Assembly: GCA_902584685.1 (NCBI GenBank)
Contig: CACIAP010000003.1
Location: 18,311 to 82,310 of the forward strand
DNA length: 64,000 nucleotides
Direction of reading: 5' to 3'
Source of the DNA: an uncultured Pelagibacteraceae bacterium
GTDB lineage: Bacteria > Pseudomonadota > Alphaproteobacteria > Pelagibacterales > Pelagibacteraceae
Part shown: positions 1 through 9,403 of the stretch, piece after piece
How the letters are laid out: each line of letters opens with the position of its first letter
Numbering within the stretch: position 1 is the stretch's first letter
Program-made: the position numbers and the translations under genes
Notes under the pieces: generated by a model
Database searches by the model: none
Told to the model about the DNA's origin: nothing
What the model saw: only the letters and a program-made list of their open reading frames with translations

Positions 1-506
1 ACGTCTATAGCTCCACCCTCAAGTATAATTTTTTTATATCTATTTTTAATCTTTATTTTTGGTTCAATTTTTCTTATTTGAGTTTTTTTGTGGATAGCAA
101 GGTTAACTTTATTATCTTTTTTAAAATTTTTATATTTTGACCATCCATTAAACTTGAAGTTTATAAAAATTTTGCTTTTTGTTCTATTATTCACAAGATA
201 AATAGGGCCAAAATCCCTAATCCATATTCTATCTGTTTGTATTTTAAGTAGTCTAATATTTCTTAATTTTGCACTAAAAAATTTAAGTATTCGTAATATT
301 TTATTTTCTTTTTCATTTAATTTAACAATGAGATTAACTTTTTGTGTTTTTGAAATTATAGAAACTATTTCTGCTACTTTTTGTGGAATAGTTTCGAAAA
401 GGTCTGGCCAATCTTTTTTGTTATAAGGCCAAGTTATCCAAATAGATTCTTGTTTTTCCCACTCTGCGGGCATTCTATATCCAAGATTGGATAAATTTTT
501 ATTCAT
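1..506 (-). CDS. aguA: Agmatine deiminase family protein (runs off the window edge)
   Basis: Not in the ORF track. Manual translation from ATG at 506 gives MNKNLSNLGYRMPAEWEKQESIWITWP...WIRDFGP...FNGW...LEGGAIDV, the hallmark agmatine deiminase motifs. Confidence 0.9.
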   Translation of the reverse strand, partial: MNKNLSNLGYRMPAEWEKQESIWITWPYNKKDWPDLFETIPQKVAEIVSIISKTQKVNLIVKLNEKENKILRILKFFSAKLRNIRLLKIQTDRIWIRDFGPIYLVNNRTKSKIFINFKFNGWSKYKNFKKDNKVNLAIHKKTQIRKIEPKIKIKNRYKKIILEGGAID

Positions 507-1380
507 CTTTTGGATTACTCATCAACCCCCTGTAGGCATCAATTCTTCTATCTCTTAAAAATGGCCAGTGTTGTCTAACATTTTCAACTTTTCTAAAATC
601 AATATCACAAATTAATATACCTTCATTCTTAGAGTTAAGTTTTGAAATAATATTTCCACTTGGATCAACAACAAAGGAATTACCCCAAAATTCGATTTTT
701 CGTTTACCTTTTTTTTCCACTCCAACTCTATTTATTGCAGCAACAAAAATACCATTAGCTATTGCGTGGGACTTTTGAATTGTAATCCAGGAATCTAATT
801 GTGATTTACCGTACCTTTTTTTTTCATTTGGGTGCCACCCAATAGCGGTTGGATAAAATATTAATTCAGCACCTTTCAAAGTTGTGAGTCTTGCTGCTTC
901 AGGAAACCACTGATCCCAGCAAATAAGTGAACCGATGTTTCCAAACTTTGTTTTTACTTTTTTAAATCCTAGATCTCCAGGTGTAAAATAAAATTTTTCA
1001 TAATATCCAGGATCATCAGGAATGTGCATTTTCCTATATTTAGAAACAATTTTACCCTTCTCGTTAATTGTTAAATTTGTGTTGTGGTACATTCCAGATA
1101 TTTTTTTTTCAAATAATGATATGATAAGAATAATCTTTAATTCACGTGCGAGTTCACAAAAAATTTTAGATGTTTCGCTGGGAATTTTTTCAGCTAATTT
1201 AAAGTTTGAATGATTTTCTGTTTTACAAAAATAGTTTGATAAAAATAGCTCAGGGACGCATATTATTTTCGCACCCTTTTTTTTTGCTTCTCTTATTTTT
1301 TTTATAGAGTTTTTCAAATTAAAATTTTTGTTGTCTGAAATTTTAAGTTGAATTAAACCAATTTTGGTTTTTCTTATCAT
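499..1380 (-). CDS. aguB: N-carbamoylputrescine amidase (nitrilase / C-N hydrolase family)
   Basis: Glu-Lys-Cys triad motifs PELF, YRKMHIPDDPGYYEKFYFTPGD and ICWDQWFPEAAR, plus C-terminal WPFLRDRR. Start moved to ATG 1380, which overlaps the upstream stop as ATGA. Confidence 0.88.
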   Translation of the reverse strand: MIRKTKIGLIQLKISDNKNFNLKNSIKKIREAKKKGAKIICVPELFLSNYFCKTENHSNFKLAEKIPSETSKIFCELARELKIILIISLFEKKISGMYHNTNLTINEKGKIVSKYRKMHIPDDPGYYEKFYFTPGDLGFKKVKTKFGNIGSLICWDQWFPEAARLTTLKGAELIFYPTAIGWHPNEKKRYGKSQLDSWITIQKSHAIANGIFVAAINRVGVEKKGKRKIEFWGNSFVVDPSGNIISKLNSKNEGILICDIDFRKVENVRQHWPFLRDRRIDAYRGLMSNPKDE

Positions 1381-2423
1381 TTTTGATATAACTTTGTAAA
1401 ATTCCTTCTCTCTCGATTTTTCCACTCTCCTCTGTGATAAGCATCACTAGCAATTAAAGGCAGTACACTTGTAGCTTCAGCAAAAACCATCTGTTCTTTT
1501 GTTATATCCACTTTTCCCCAAGAACTAGCCTCTTTTAGAGTAGAGCTACTACATGCCCCGTCTCTTGAGTCCGCTACTGTTATCTGAATGGCATATTTGT
1601 GCATATCTACCTCTTTACCTAATAATTCAGCACAAATTACTGTGTCTTGAATAAAATTTTTTGGAACACCTCCTCCTATCATGAATAGACCAGAATTTTT
1701 TGATTTAATTTTAATTTCTGTTAATTCTCTAAATTCTCTAATTGAATCTATAGTGATGTGTTTGTTTGGATTTTTTTCTTGATGCATAACTAATCCAAAT
1801 CCAGCGCTAGAGTCTGTAAAAGCTGGGCAAAAAATAGGAACATTATTATCAAAAGCTGTCTCTATTAATGAACCTTTTTTTTTTGAATTGTTTTTTAAAT
1901 ATCTTCCCATCTCATATATAAATTCCCTAGAGGTATATGTTTTTGGTGGTAATTTATTAGCAATTTCGCATATAATTTTATCGCAAATTTGTAATTCATC
2001 TTCATCAATATAAGTATCGTAAATCCTATCGATATAATTTTTTCTAAGTTCACTATCATCTTGAAATTGTGAACCTTGATAATGTTTAAAACCCAAACCC
2101 TCAAAAAAATCCATATCAACAATTGAGGCGCCAGTAGCAACGATAGCATCCACCATATTATATTTGACCATATCTTTATAAATGTTCATACATCCTGCAG
2201 CAGATGTTGATCCAGCAAGTGTTAAAAAAATTGTGCAGTTTTTATCCTTTAACATTTCATTGAAAATACTTGCAGCGTTTCCGGTTTCTCTGGAGACAAA
2301 AGACATTTTTTGCATTGAGGATATAATATCTCGAGAGTCAAAAGAAGTTATGTCAATGTGCTCTACAGGTTTGTTAAGAAAACTTTTTTTTGTATTGTGG
2401 CCTAAATTTTTCTTTTCTGACAT
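1377..2423 (-). CDS. Deoxyhypusine synthase-like protein (SpeY-type polyamine synthase)
   Basis: DHS-family motifs IDRIYD, FCPAFTDSS, GGGVPKNF and DGACSSSTLKEASSWGKV (catalytic Lys in WGK). Confidence 0.88.
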   Translation of the reverse strand: MSEKKNLGHNTKKSFLNKPVEHIDITSFDSRDIISSMQKMSFVSRETGNAASIFNEMLKDKNCTIFLTLAGSTSAAGCMNIYKDMVKYNMVDAIVATGASIVDMDFFEGLGFKHYQGSQFQDDSELRKNYIDRIYDTYIDEDELQICDKIICEIANKLPPKTYTSREFIYEMGRYLKNNSKKKGSLIETAFDNNVPIFCPAFTDSSAGFGLVMHQEKNPNKHITIDSIREFRELTEIKIKSKNSGLFMIGGGVPKNFIQDTVICAELLGKEVDMHKYAIQITVADSRDGACSSSTLKEASSWGKVDITKEQMVFAEATSVLPLIASDAYHRGEWKNRERRNFTKLYQK

Positions 2424-3602
2424 TTATGCGACTAGAGATCCTTTATTTTTATCTCTATCGTACATAGTCATTATTGGTTCATCCTCAACTTCATAAATCT
2501 CGTTAGAATAAAAGCCATTAAATTGAGTTCTAAAAGTTAATCCATATGCTCCTAGTTGACCAAGTTCTATGTAATCATTTTCTTTTACATTGTTAGGTAA
2601 AATAAAAGGTCCTTTCATATAATCAAGGCTATCACAAGTCGGTCCATAAAAATCAAAAGCAGTCATTTTTTTTGAAATCATTCTTCCATTTGTAATAATC
2701 CTTGAGGGGTAAACTATATTTGGAACTCCACCGTCAAATAAAGTTCCATAAGTTCCATCATTTATGTAAAGCTTCTGTTTTTTTCTTAAATTCACTTTTA
2801 CTATCGTTGATCCTGACTCCGCGACTAATGCTCTCCCTGGTTCACAAATTATTTCGGGCATTTTATTTAATTTTAATTTTTCAAGAGCTGTTTTAATCTC
2901 ATTAAAATAACTATCCAAAGGTTGCGGAATTAGATCTGGGTAGATAGCTGGAAATCCACCTCCAATATTTATTACATCTGGAATAATTTTTGTTTTTTTA
3001 ATTATATTTCCAATTTCAGAAATGCCCTTAGCATATGAAATAGGATGCATACATTGCGAACCAACATGAAAGCTTAAACCAATTTTTTTTGCATATTGTT
3101 TAGTTAATCTTAATAACCCGATTGCTTCAGAACTTAATGCACCAAATTTTTTTGACAAATCAATCTCAGCATGTTCATTAGAAACAGCAACTCTTACATA
3201 TAACTCAAGATCCTTAGCTTGTTCAGTAGATTCAATAATTTTGATTAGTTCCTCTTTTGTATCTAATGAAAAACTTTTAACATTATATTTAAAATACGCA
3301 TCTCTAATATTTTCTCTACTTTTTACAGTATGCATATAAGAACATTCCAAATCTTTGTTGATCTTTTTAATCATCTCTATCTCTTTTAACGAAGCAACAT
3401 CAAAATTCTTTATTCCTGATTCTATAAGAGTTTTGACTACAGAAGGATGTGGATTAGTTTTAACCGCATAAAGGATTTTGCCTGGGAAATTTTGTAAAAA
3501 AACTTTGGTAGCTTTTTTTATCGAATTCTTTCTGATGCAGTAAACTGGATCAGAAGGTTTGATTACATTAATAATTTCATCAACCGTTTTAAATTTTTTC
3601 AT
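2424..3602 (-). CDS. Type III PLP-dependent (alanine racemase fold) ornithine/arginine/lysine decarboxylase
   Basis: YAVKTN (PLP lysine), FDVAS, KKFG, SFHVGSQ, NIGGGFP, EPGR, GPTCDSLD, GAY. Confidence 0.9.
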   Translation of the reverse strand: MKKFKTVDEIINVIKPSDPVYCIRKNSIKKATKVFLQNFPGKILYAVKTNPHPSVVKTLIESGIKNFDVASLKEIEMIKKINKDLECSYMHTVKSRENIRDAYFKYNVKSFSLDTKEELIKIIESTEQAKDLELYVRVAVSNEHAEIDLSKKFGALSSEAIGLLRLTKQYAKKIGLSFHVGSQCMHPISYAKGISEIGNIIKKTKIIPDVINIGGGFPAIYPDLIPQPLDSYFNEIKTALEKLKLNKMPEIICEPGRALVAESGSTIVKVNLRKKQKLYINDGTYGTLFDGGVPNIVYPSRIITNGRMISKKMTAFDFYGPTCDSLDYMKGPFILPNNVKENDYIELGQLGAYGLTFRTQFNGFYSNEIYEVEDEPIMTMYDRDKNKGSLVA

Positions 3603-3675
3603 TTTTTTAGCTCCGTAAAAAAAAATTTAACAAAAAAAATCTACATAACAGCTATGCAAATTTCATTAAATTGAG

Positions 3676-3704
3676 CATTTAAGGGTTTTTTTACCTAGTG
3701 TAAA
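3676..3704 (-). promoter_or_regulatory. Putative sigma70 promoter of the polyamine operon
   Basis: Minus strand reads TTTACA-N17-TAAATG upstream of the decarboxylase leader. Confidence 0.35.
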
Positions 3705-3740
3705 GAAAATAATTGATAAAAGTTGATGTCCAACAAGCCT

Positions 3741-3770
3741 CTTGAAATTTTTAAAATAAGCTCCATATAG
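3741..3770 (+). promoter_or_regulatory. Putative sigma32 (RpoH) promoter of regA
   Basis: CTTGAA(3741-3746)-N16-CCATATAG(3763-3770), ending 6 nt before the ATG. Same architecture as the ibpA promoter. Confidence 0.6.
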
Positions 3771-3776
3771 ATCTAA

Positions 3777-4337
3777 ATGAACGTCCAAAACGTAAAAAAT
3801 ATAAGCCAATTTGAGGATAAATCTCTTCTAATTGTGGATGACGATAATCCTTTCAGAGAGCGCTTAGCTAGAGCTATGGAAAAGAAGGGATTTAAAGTTT
3901 CACAAGCTGAAGGTGTAAAAAAAGGAATCGATGCTGTTAAAACAAATAAACCTGCATTTGCTGTAGTGGACTTAAGGCTTGGTGATGGTAACGGTTTGGA
4001 AGTTGTAAAAGAAATTCAAAATTCTAATGCAGATAGTAGAATTGTGATGTTAACAGGCTATGGGAATATTCCAACAGCTGTTGCAGCAATCAAACAAGGT
4101 GCAATCGATTATCTTGCTAAACCAGCCGATGCTGACGACGTTGAAAAAGCTCTTTTAGCAGATCCAAATAGAAAAGCTGACCCACCAGACAATCCTATGT
4201 CTGCCGATAGAGTTAAGTGGGAACATATCCACAGAGTATTTGAATTATGTAATAGAAATGTTTCTGAAACAGCTAGAAGACTAAAAATGCATCGTAGAAC
4301 TCTTCAGAGAATTTTATCAAAAAGATCGCCTAGATAA
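3777..4337 (+). CDS. regA: RegA/PrrA/ActR redox response regulator
   Basis: Receiver domain plus the near-invariant C-terminus MSADRVKWEHIHRVFELCNRNVSETARRLKMHRRTLQRILSKRSPR. Confidence 0.95.
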   Translation: MNVQNVKNISQFEDKSLLIVDDDNPFRERLARAMEKKGFKVSQAEGVKKGIDAVKTNKPAFAVVDLRLGDGNGLEVVKEIQNSNADSRIVMLTGYGNIPTAVAAIKQGAIDYLAKPADADDVEKALLADPNRKADPPDNPMSADRVKWEHIHRVFELCNRNVSETARRLKMHRRTLQRILSKRSPR

Positions 4338-4881
4338 ACTTTTTAAAAAAATCGACTTTTGTAGAAATTATAACTAAAAGAAATATTTTAAATAATTCCG
4401 CTAATAAAAAAGGTTTTGCTCCTAGATTAAAAATTGGTTTATCCCAACCAATTAAAATTCCTAACCAAAGAAGTCCCAATACATAAATTGGTAAAACTGA
4501 GAAAAAAATCTTAATAAAATTTAAAAGATAGTTTTTATTAAAATTAAATTTTCCAGCCACATAAACCGCTATTATAAAACCTAAAAGATATCCCATCGTT
4601 GGACCTGTGAAATAAATCATGCCAACACCTTTTTCTGGAGAATTAGAAAAAACTGGTATTCCAACAATGCCTTCAATTAAATAAAGTGCAACTGTAGCTA
4701 AACCTAATTTATAACCAAAACACATTCCCAAAAATATTACAACGAATGTCTGCATTGTCATTGGAACTGGGTAAAACGGTATTTTTACTTTTGCTGAAAT
4801 CGTTAACAAAATTGTTCCTAAAAAAACAATAATAGCGTTTTTAATCATTTTGTTATTTTGAATCAGCTTAACGGTTTCCAT
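4330..4881 (-). CDS. bioY: Biotin transporter BioY
   Basis: Hydrophobic 183 aa with PVPMTMQT, YLIEGIVGIPVFS and GPTMGYLLGF motifs. Confidence 0.9.
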   Translation of the reverse strand: METVKLIQNNKMIKNAIIVFLGTILLTISAKVKIPFYPVPMTMQTFVVIFLGMCFGYKLGLATVALYLIEGIVGIPVFSNSPEKGVGMIYFTGPTMGYLLGFIIAVYVAGKFNFNKNYLLNFIKIFFSVLPIYVLGLLWLGILIGWDKPIFNLGAKPFLLAELFKIFLLVIISTKVDFFKKFI

Positions 4882-4913
4882 AATTAAATAATATATTAAT
4901 TTAAGTTTTTAAT

Positions 4914-5831
4914 CTAGTTATTTGTTAAATTCACAAAAACGTCCTCTAAATCTGGGTCCTCAGATTTAATATCTTTAATTACTATTCCTTGATTTTCTAA
5001 TAACTTGATTATTTTTTGTATGTTAAATTCTTGTTTATTATATTCTATCTTAAATTCTGAATCTGTGTTAGTTAAAATATTATAATTTTTATCATTAATA
5101 TCGTCTAAAACTATTCTCTTATTAATTTCAAATTTAATAGTTTTTGTTTGAATTTTATTTAACATATTTTCAGTTGTATCTAACGCTATAAGATTACCTT
5201 TGTGAATTATACCGACTCTGTCGCACAATTCTTCAGCTTCTTGGAGATAGTGTGTAGTCAGAATAATTGTTACTCCAAGTTTTCTAAGGGATCTAATATT
5301 TTCCCACAAATTTTTCCTAAGTTCGACATCGACACCTGCAGTTGGTTCATCTAGTATAATTATTGGTGGTTTATGAACTAAGGCTTTCGCTATCAACAGT
5401 CTTCTCTTCATACCACCTGATAAATTTCTTGTATAACTATTTGATTTATCTTTTAAAGCGACTAGATCAAGTATGGTATCTGTTATCCTATCTTTTTTTT
5501 TAACTCCAAATAAACCAGCTTGAAGATCTAATAGTTTTTTTGGAGTAAAGAAAGGGTCAACGTTTATTTCTTGAGGAACAATTCCTAGCGAAACTCTAAC
5601 TTGGCGTGGATTTTTATCTAAATCAAATCCCCAGACAATTACTTCACCTGAGGTTTTATCTGTAACACCTGCAAGAATATTTATAAAAGTACTTTTTCCC
5701 GCTCCATTTGGACCAAGAAGTCCTAAAATTTCTCCTTCATTCACCTCTAAGTTTAAATCTTTAAGTGCATGGATATTCTTTCGATAAATTTTATTTAATT
5801 TTTTAACAGAAAGTACGTTTTTTTTACTCAT
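4914..5831 (-). CDS. ABC-2 type exporter ATP-binding protein (YadG/DrrA-like)
   Basis: GPNGAGKST, LSGGMKRR, LDEPTAGVD, TTHY, and C-terminal DLEDVF. Confidence 0.9.
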   Translation of the reverse strand: MSKKNVLSVKKLNKIYRKNIHALKDLNLEVNEGEILGLLGPNGAGKSTFINILAGVTDKTSGEVIVWGFDLDKNPRQVRVSLGIVPQEINVDPFFTPKKLLDLQAGLFGVKKKDRITDTILDLVALKDKSNSYTRNLSGGMKRRLLIAKALVHKPPIIILDEPTAGVDVELRKNLWENIRSLRKLGVTIILTTHYLQEAEELCDRVGIIHKGNLIALDTTENMLNKIQTKTIKFEINKRIVLDDINDKNYNILTNTDSEFKIEYNKQEFNIQKIIKLLENQGIVIKDIKSEDPDLEDVFVNLTNN

Positions 5832-5881
5832 TTAGATTTATAGGCTTATAACATTAAGGTAAATTAATATTAATTTAATAA

Positions 5882-8653
5882 ATGGCTAAATTAAATAAAA
5901 AAAAACATTTTTATCTTATTGATGGTTCTGGGTATATTTTTCGAGCATATTATGCTCTTCCTCCTTTATCCAGAAAGTCAGATGGGTTACCAACAGGAGC
6001 TGTTGCAGGATTTTGCAATATGCTTTTTAAGTTGTTAGAGGATGCAAAATCAAAAGAAAATAAAGAGAAACCAACTCACTTCGTGGTTATTTTTGACTCT
6101 GCAAGAAAAAATTTTAGAAATGATATTTATGAGGACTATAAAGCGAATAGATCAGACGCACCTGATGATTTAATACCTCAGTTTGAATATATTAGAAAAT
6201 CTGTAGAGGCTTTTAATATTCCTGCTGTTGAAATGATTAACTATGAGGCCGACGATTTAATTGCAACTTATTCAAAACAAATTACTAAACTTGGTTCTGA
6301 TGTAACCATTGTTTCATCAGATAAAGATTTAATGCAGCTTCATGACAAAAAAGTAAGAATTTACGATCCAATGAAAAATAAATTTATTAAGAAAGAGGAT
6401 GTAATTGCTAAATTTGGAGTTACTTCAGATAAGGTTATTGATGTTCAATCTTTAGCTGGTGATTCAAGTGATAACGTGCCAGGTGTTCCTGGCATTGGGG
6501 TGAAAACAGCAGCAGAATTAATAAATAAATTCGGAAGTCTAGAAGAACTTCTCAAAAATGCTGAAACAATAAAGCAAAATAAAAGACGAGAAACGATTAT
6601 TGAAAACAAAGATAAAGCTTTAATAAGTAAAAAATTAGTGACTTTAAAAAATGATGTACCTGTCAAACATAAATTAGATGATTTTTTATTAAAAGAAATT
6701 GATAAAAAAAAACTCTTCAATTTTTTAAGGGATATGGAGTTTAATAGACTGCTAAGTTCAGCGATTTCAACATATGGAGAAATTGATTTTGAAAACGAAA
6801 ATAAAGAACAAGCGCAAAAGACAAAAGAAAATCTATCTAAATCAAATTATAATTTGATAAAGAGCGAGGAGGAATTAAAAAAATTAATATACAAAATAGA
6901 GGAAGTCGGAGAACTTGCTATTGACACAGAAACAAACTCTCTCAACCCGCATCTTGCCAAATTAGTTGGTATATCCATATCTTTTAAAATAGGTGAAGCT
7001 TATTACGTTCCTTTAAATCATTCTAATGGGAAAAATTTGGATGAAAAAAATATACTTAAAATTTTAAAGCCATTATTAGAAGATAAAACCATTAAAAAAA
7101 TTGGTCAAAATATAAAATTTGATTACATAATTTTTTATCATAGAGGCATAGAAATCAAATTTTTGGAAGACACAATGTTGATGTCTTACGTTCTAGATGC
7201 TGGAAAAAACAAACACAACATGGACGAATTATCAAAAATACATTTAGATCATCAAACAATATCTTATAAAGACTTAGTTGGAACTGGAAAAAAACAAATT
7301 ACCTTTGATGATGTTGATATTGATCAAGCAAAAGATTATGCTGCTGAGGATGCTGATGTTACCTATAGGTTATATAAGAAATTTTTAAAAGATATCAAAG
7401 AAGAAAAATTAGTGAATATTTATGAGTCTTTTGAAAAACCAATGATTGAAATTTTGGCTAAAATGGAAATAAGTGGAATAAAATTGGATAAAGATTTCTT
7501 ATTAAAACTTTCAAAAAAATTTGAAAAAAAAATAGCTGAATTAGAAAAAGACATTTTCAAAATATCTAAAAAGAAATTTAAAATCGGTTCAACCAAACAG
7601 CTTGGTGAAATAATGTATAATGATTTAAAAATTTCAACATTAAAAAAAACAAAAAAAGGAAGCTTTGCTACAAGTGCTAGTGTTTTAGAAGATCTGGCAT
7701 TCAAAGGGCATGAATTACCAAAGTTAGTCTTAGAGTGGAGGCAAATTTCAAAGCTACAAAACACATATTCAGACTCACTTCCAGAATATATTAATCCTGT
7801 TTCAAAAAGAGTTCACACATCTTTTTTGCTGGCAGCTACGACTACTGGAAGGTTAGCATCAAGTGATCCAAATTTACAAAATATTCCAATTAAGTCTGAA
7901 GATGGAAAAGAAATAAGAAAAGCCTTCATTTCAGAAAAAGGAACTTCACTTTTATCTGCTGATTATAATCAAATTGAAATGAGAATACTTTCTGATTTAG
8001 CAGATGTGAAAGAATTAAAAAAAGCTTTTAATAACAATGAAGATATTCATTCTTTGACAGCCAGCCAAATTTTTAACGTAGAAATAAATAAAGTCACAAA
8101 AGAGATGAGACGAAAAGCAAAGGCAATTAATTTTGGTATTATCTATGGTATTTCACAATATGGATTAGCAAAACAAATTTCTGTTTCAACAGCTGATGCT
8201 GAAATTTTTCTAAAGGCGTATTTTAAGAAATTCCCTGAGATAAAAGACTACATGTCGTCCACAATAAAACATTGTAGAAGGAGTGGATTTGTTAACAATA
8301 TTTTTGGCAGAAAAACACACATTTTAGGCATCAATGATAAGAATTTTAATATTAGAAACTTTCAAGAAAGGGCAGCGATTAATGCACCGATACAAGGGTC
8401 AGCATCGGAATTAATGCGAATTGCGATGATAAGAATTTTTAATAAACTTAATGATGATACAAAATTTAAAACAAAATTATTGTTGCAAATTCACGATGAA
8501 CTAATATTTGAAATACCTAATAACGAACTAGACAGAATCAAAAAACTAATTAAAACAGAAATGACCAGTGTTAAATCAAGTGAGCATCACACTTTCTCTA
8601 TACCTATTCTAGTAGATGTAAATATTGGGGATAATTGGGGTATGTTGCATTAA
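5882..8653 (+). CDS. polA: DNA polymerase I
   Basis: 5'-3' exonuclease (LIDGSGYIFRAYYA, EADD), 3'-5' exonuclease (DTET, YAAEDA) and polymerase motifs (SADYNQIE, KAINFGIIYG, QIHDEL). Confidence 0.98.
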   Translation: MAKLNKKKHFYLIDGSGYIFRAYYALPPLSRKSDGLPTGAVAGFCNMLFKLLEDAKSKENKEKPTHFVVIFDSARKNFRNDIYEDYKANRSDAPDDLIPQFEYIRKSVEAFNIPAVEMINYEADDLIATYSKQITKLGSDVTIVSSDKDLMQLHDKKVRIYDPMKNKFIKKEDVIAKFGVTSDKVIDVQSLAGDSSDNVPGVPGIGVKTAAELINKFGSLEELLKNAETIKQNKRRETIIENKDKALISKKLVTLKNDVPVKHKLDDFLLKEIDKKKLFNFLRDMEFNRLLSSAISTYGEIDFENENKEQAQKTKENLSKSNYNLIKSEEELKKLIYKIEEVGELAIDTETNSLNPHLAKLVGISISFKIGEAYYVPLNHSNGKNLDEKNILKILKPLLEDKTIKKIGQNIKFDYIIFYHRGIEIKFLEDTMLMSYVLDAGKNKHNMDELSKIHLDHQTISYKDLVGTGKKQITFDDVDIDQAKDYAAEDADVTYRLYKKFLKDIKEEKLVNIYESFEKPMIEILAKMEISGIKLDKDFLLKLSKKFEKKIAELEKDIFKISKKKFKIGSTKQLGEIMYNDLKISTLKKTKKGSFATSASVLEDLAFKGHELPKLVLEWRQISKLQNTYSDSLPEYINPVSKRVHTSFLLAATTTGRLASSDPNLQNIPIKSEDGKEIRKAFISEKGTSLLSADYNQIEMRILSDLADVKELKKAFNNNEDIHSLTASQIFNVEINKVTKEMRRKAKAINFGIIYGISQYGLAKQISVSTADAEIFLKAYFKKFPEIKDYMSSTIKHCRRSGFVNNIFGRKTHILGINDKNFNIRNFQERAAINAPIQGSASELMRIAMIRIFNKLNDDTKFKTKLLLQIHDELIFEIPNNELDRIKKLIKTEMTSVKSSEHHTFSIPILVDVNIGDNWGMLH

Positions 8654-8704
8654 ATATTAGTGTATTGTCTAAATTGGGACAATTTAGTATTTTTATATTA
8701 GGCT

Positions 8705-9403
8705 ATGACGCAAACAATTGCACTAATAGATGATGACAGAAATATTCTTACCAGCTTAAGTATTGCCTTAGAAAAGGAAGGTTTTAAAGTCCAAACTTAT
8801 TTAGATGGAGAGAGTGCACTCATAGGATTGACAAGAACACCTCCAGACTTAGCAGTCGTAGATATTAAAATGCCTAAAATGGATGGGGAGGAGTTACTAA
8901 AAAAATTAAGAAAAAAAAGTTCATTGCCAGTAATTTTTTTAACTTCAAAAGATGAGGAAGTAGATGAACTTTTGGGTTTAAAGTTAGGAGCAGACGATTT
9001 TGTAAAAAAATCTGGTGGTTTTTCGATAAAAGTTTTAGTTGAGAGAATTAGAGTTCAACTGAGAAAGAAAAATATTAGTGTAGATGACAGTAAAAATATA
9101 ATTACTCATGGTAAACTGAAATTAGACCCCTCACAACTTGAATGTGAATGGGATGGCAAACAGTTACCAGATAAGTTGACAACAACAGAATTTTTAATTG
9201 TTCAGGAACTAGCTAAAAGGCCAGGGATAATTAAGGAAAGAGCACAGCTAATGGATATTGCTTATAGAGAAGATACTGATATCGAGGATAGAACTATTGA
9301 TAGTCACGTTAAAAGAATTAGAAAAAAATTTAAAAAAATTGACTCGAGTTTTTCCGCAATAGAAACAAGGTATGGAAGTGGCTATAGGTGGAATGTTAAT
9401 TAA
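8705..9403 (+). CDS. chvI: OmpR-family response regulator ChvI
   Basis: [17 protein letters not shown]...[11 protein letters not shown]...[15 protein letters not shown]...IETRYG; sits upstream of a ChvG-like kinase and ahcY. Confidence 0.92.
   Translation: MTQTIALIDDDRNILTSLSIALEKEGFKVQTYLDGESALIGLTRTPPDLAVVDIKMPKMDGEELLKKLRKKSSLPVIFLTSKDEEVDELLGLKLGADDFVKKSGGFSIKVLVERIRVQLRKKNISVDDSKNIITHGKLKLDPSQLECEWDGKQLPDKLTTTEFLIVQELAKRPGIIKERAQLMDIAYREDTDIEDRTIDSHVKRIRKKFKKIDSSFSAIETRYGSGYRWNVN

Noticed and set aside
4330-5831. ABC ATPase upstream of bioY as a possible BioM energising module
   Set aside because: The ATPase has ABC-2 exporter features (DEPTAGVD, C-terminal DLEDVF) rather than ECF-A features, and no BioN/EcfT gene is present, so BioY is likely solitary.
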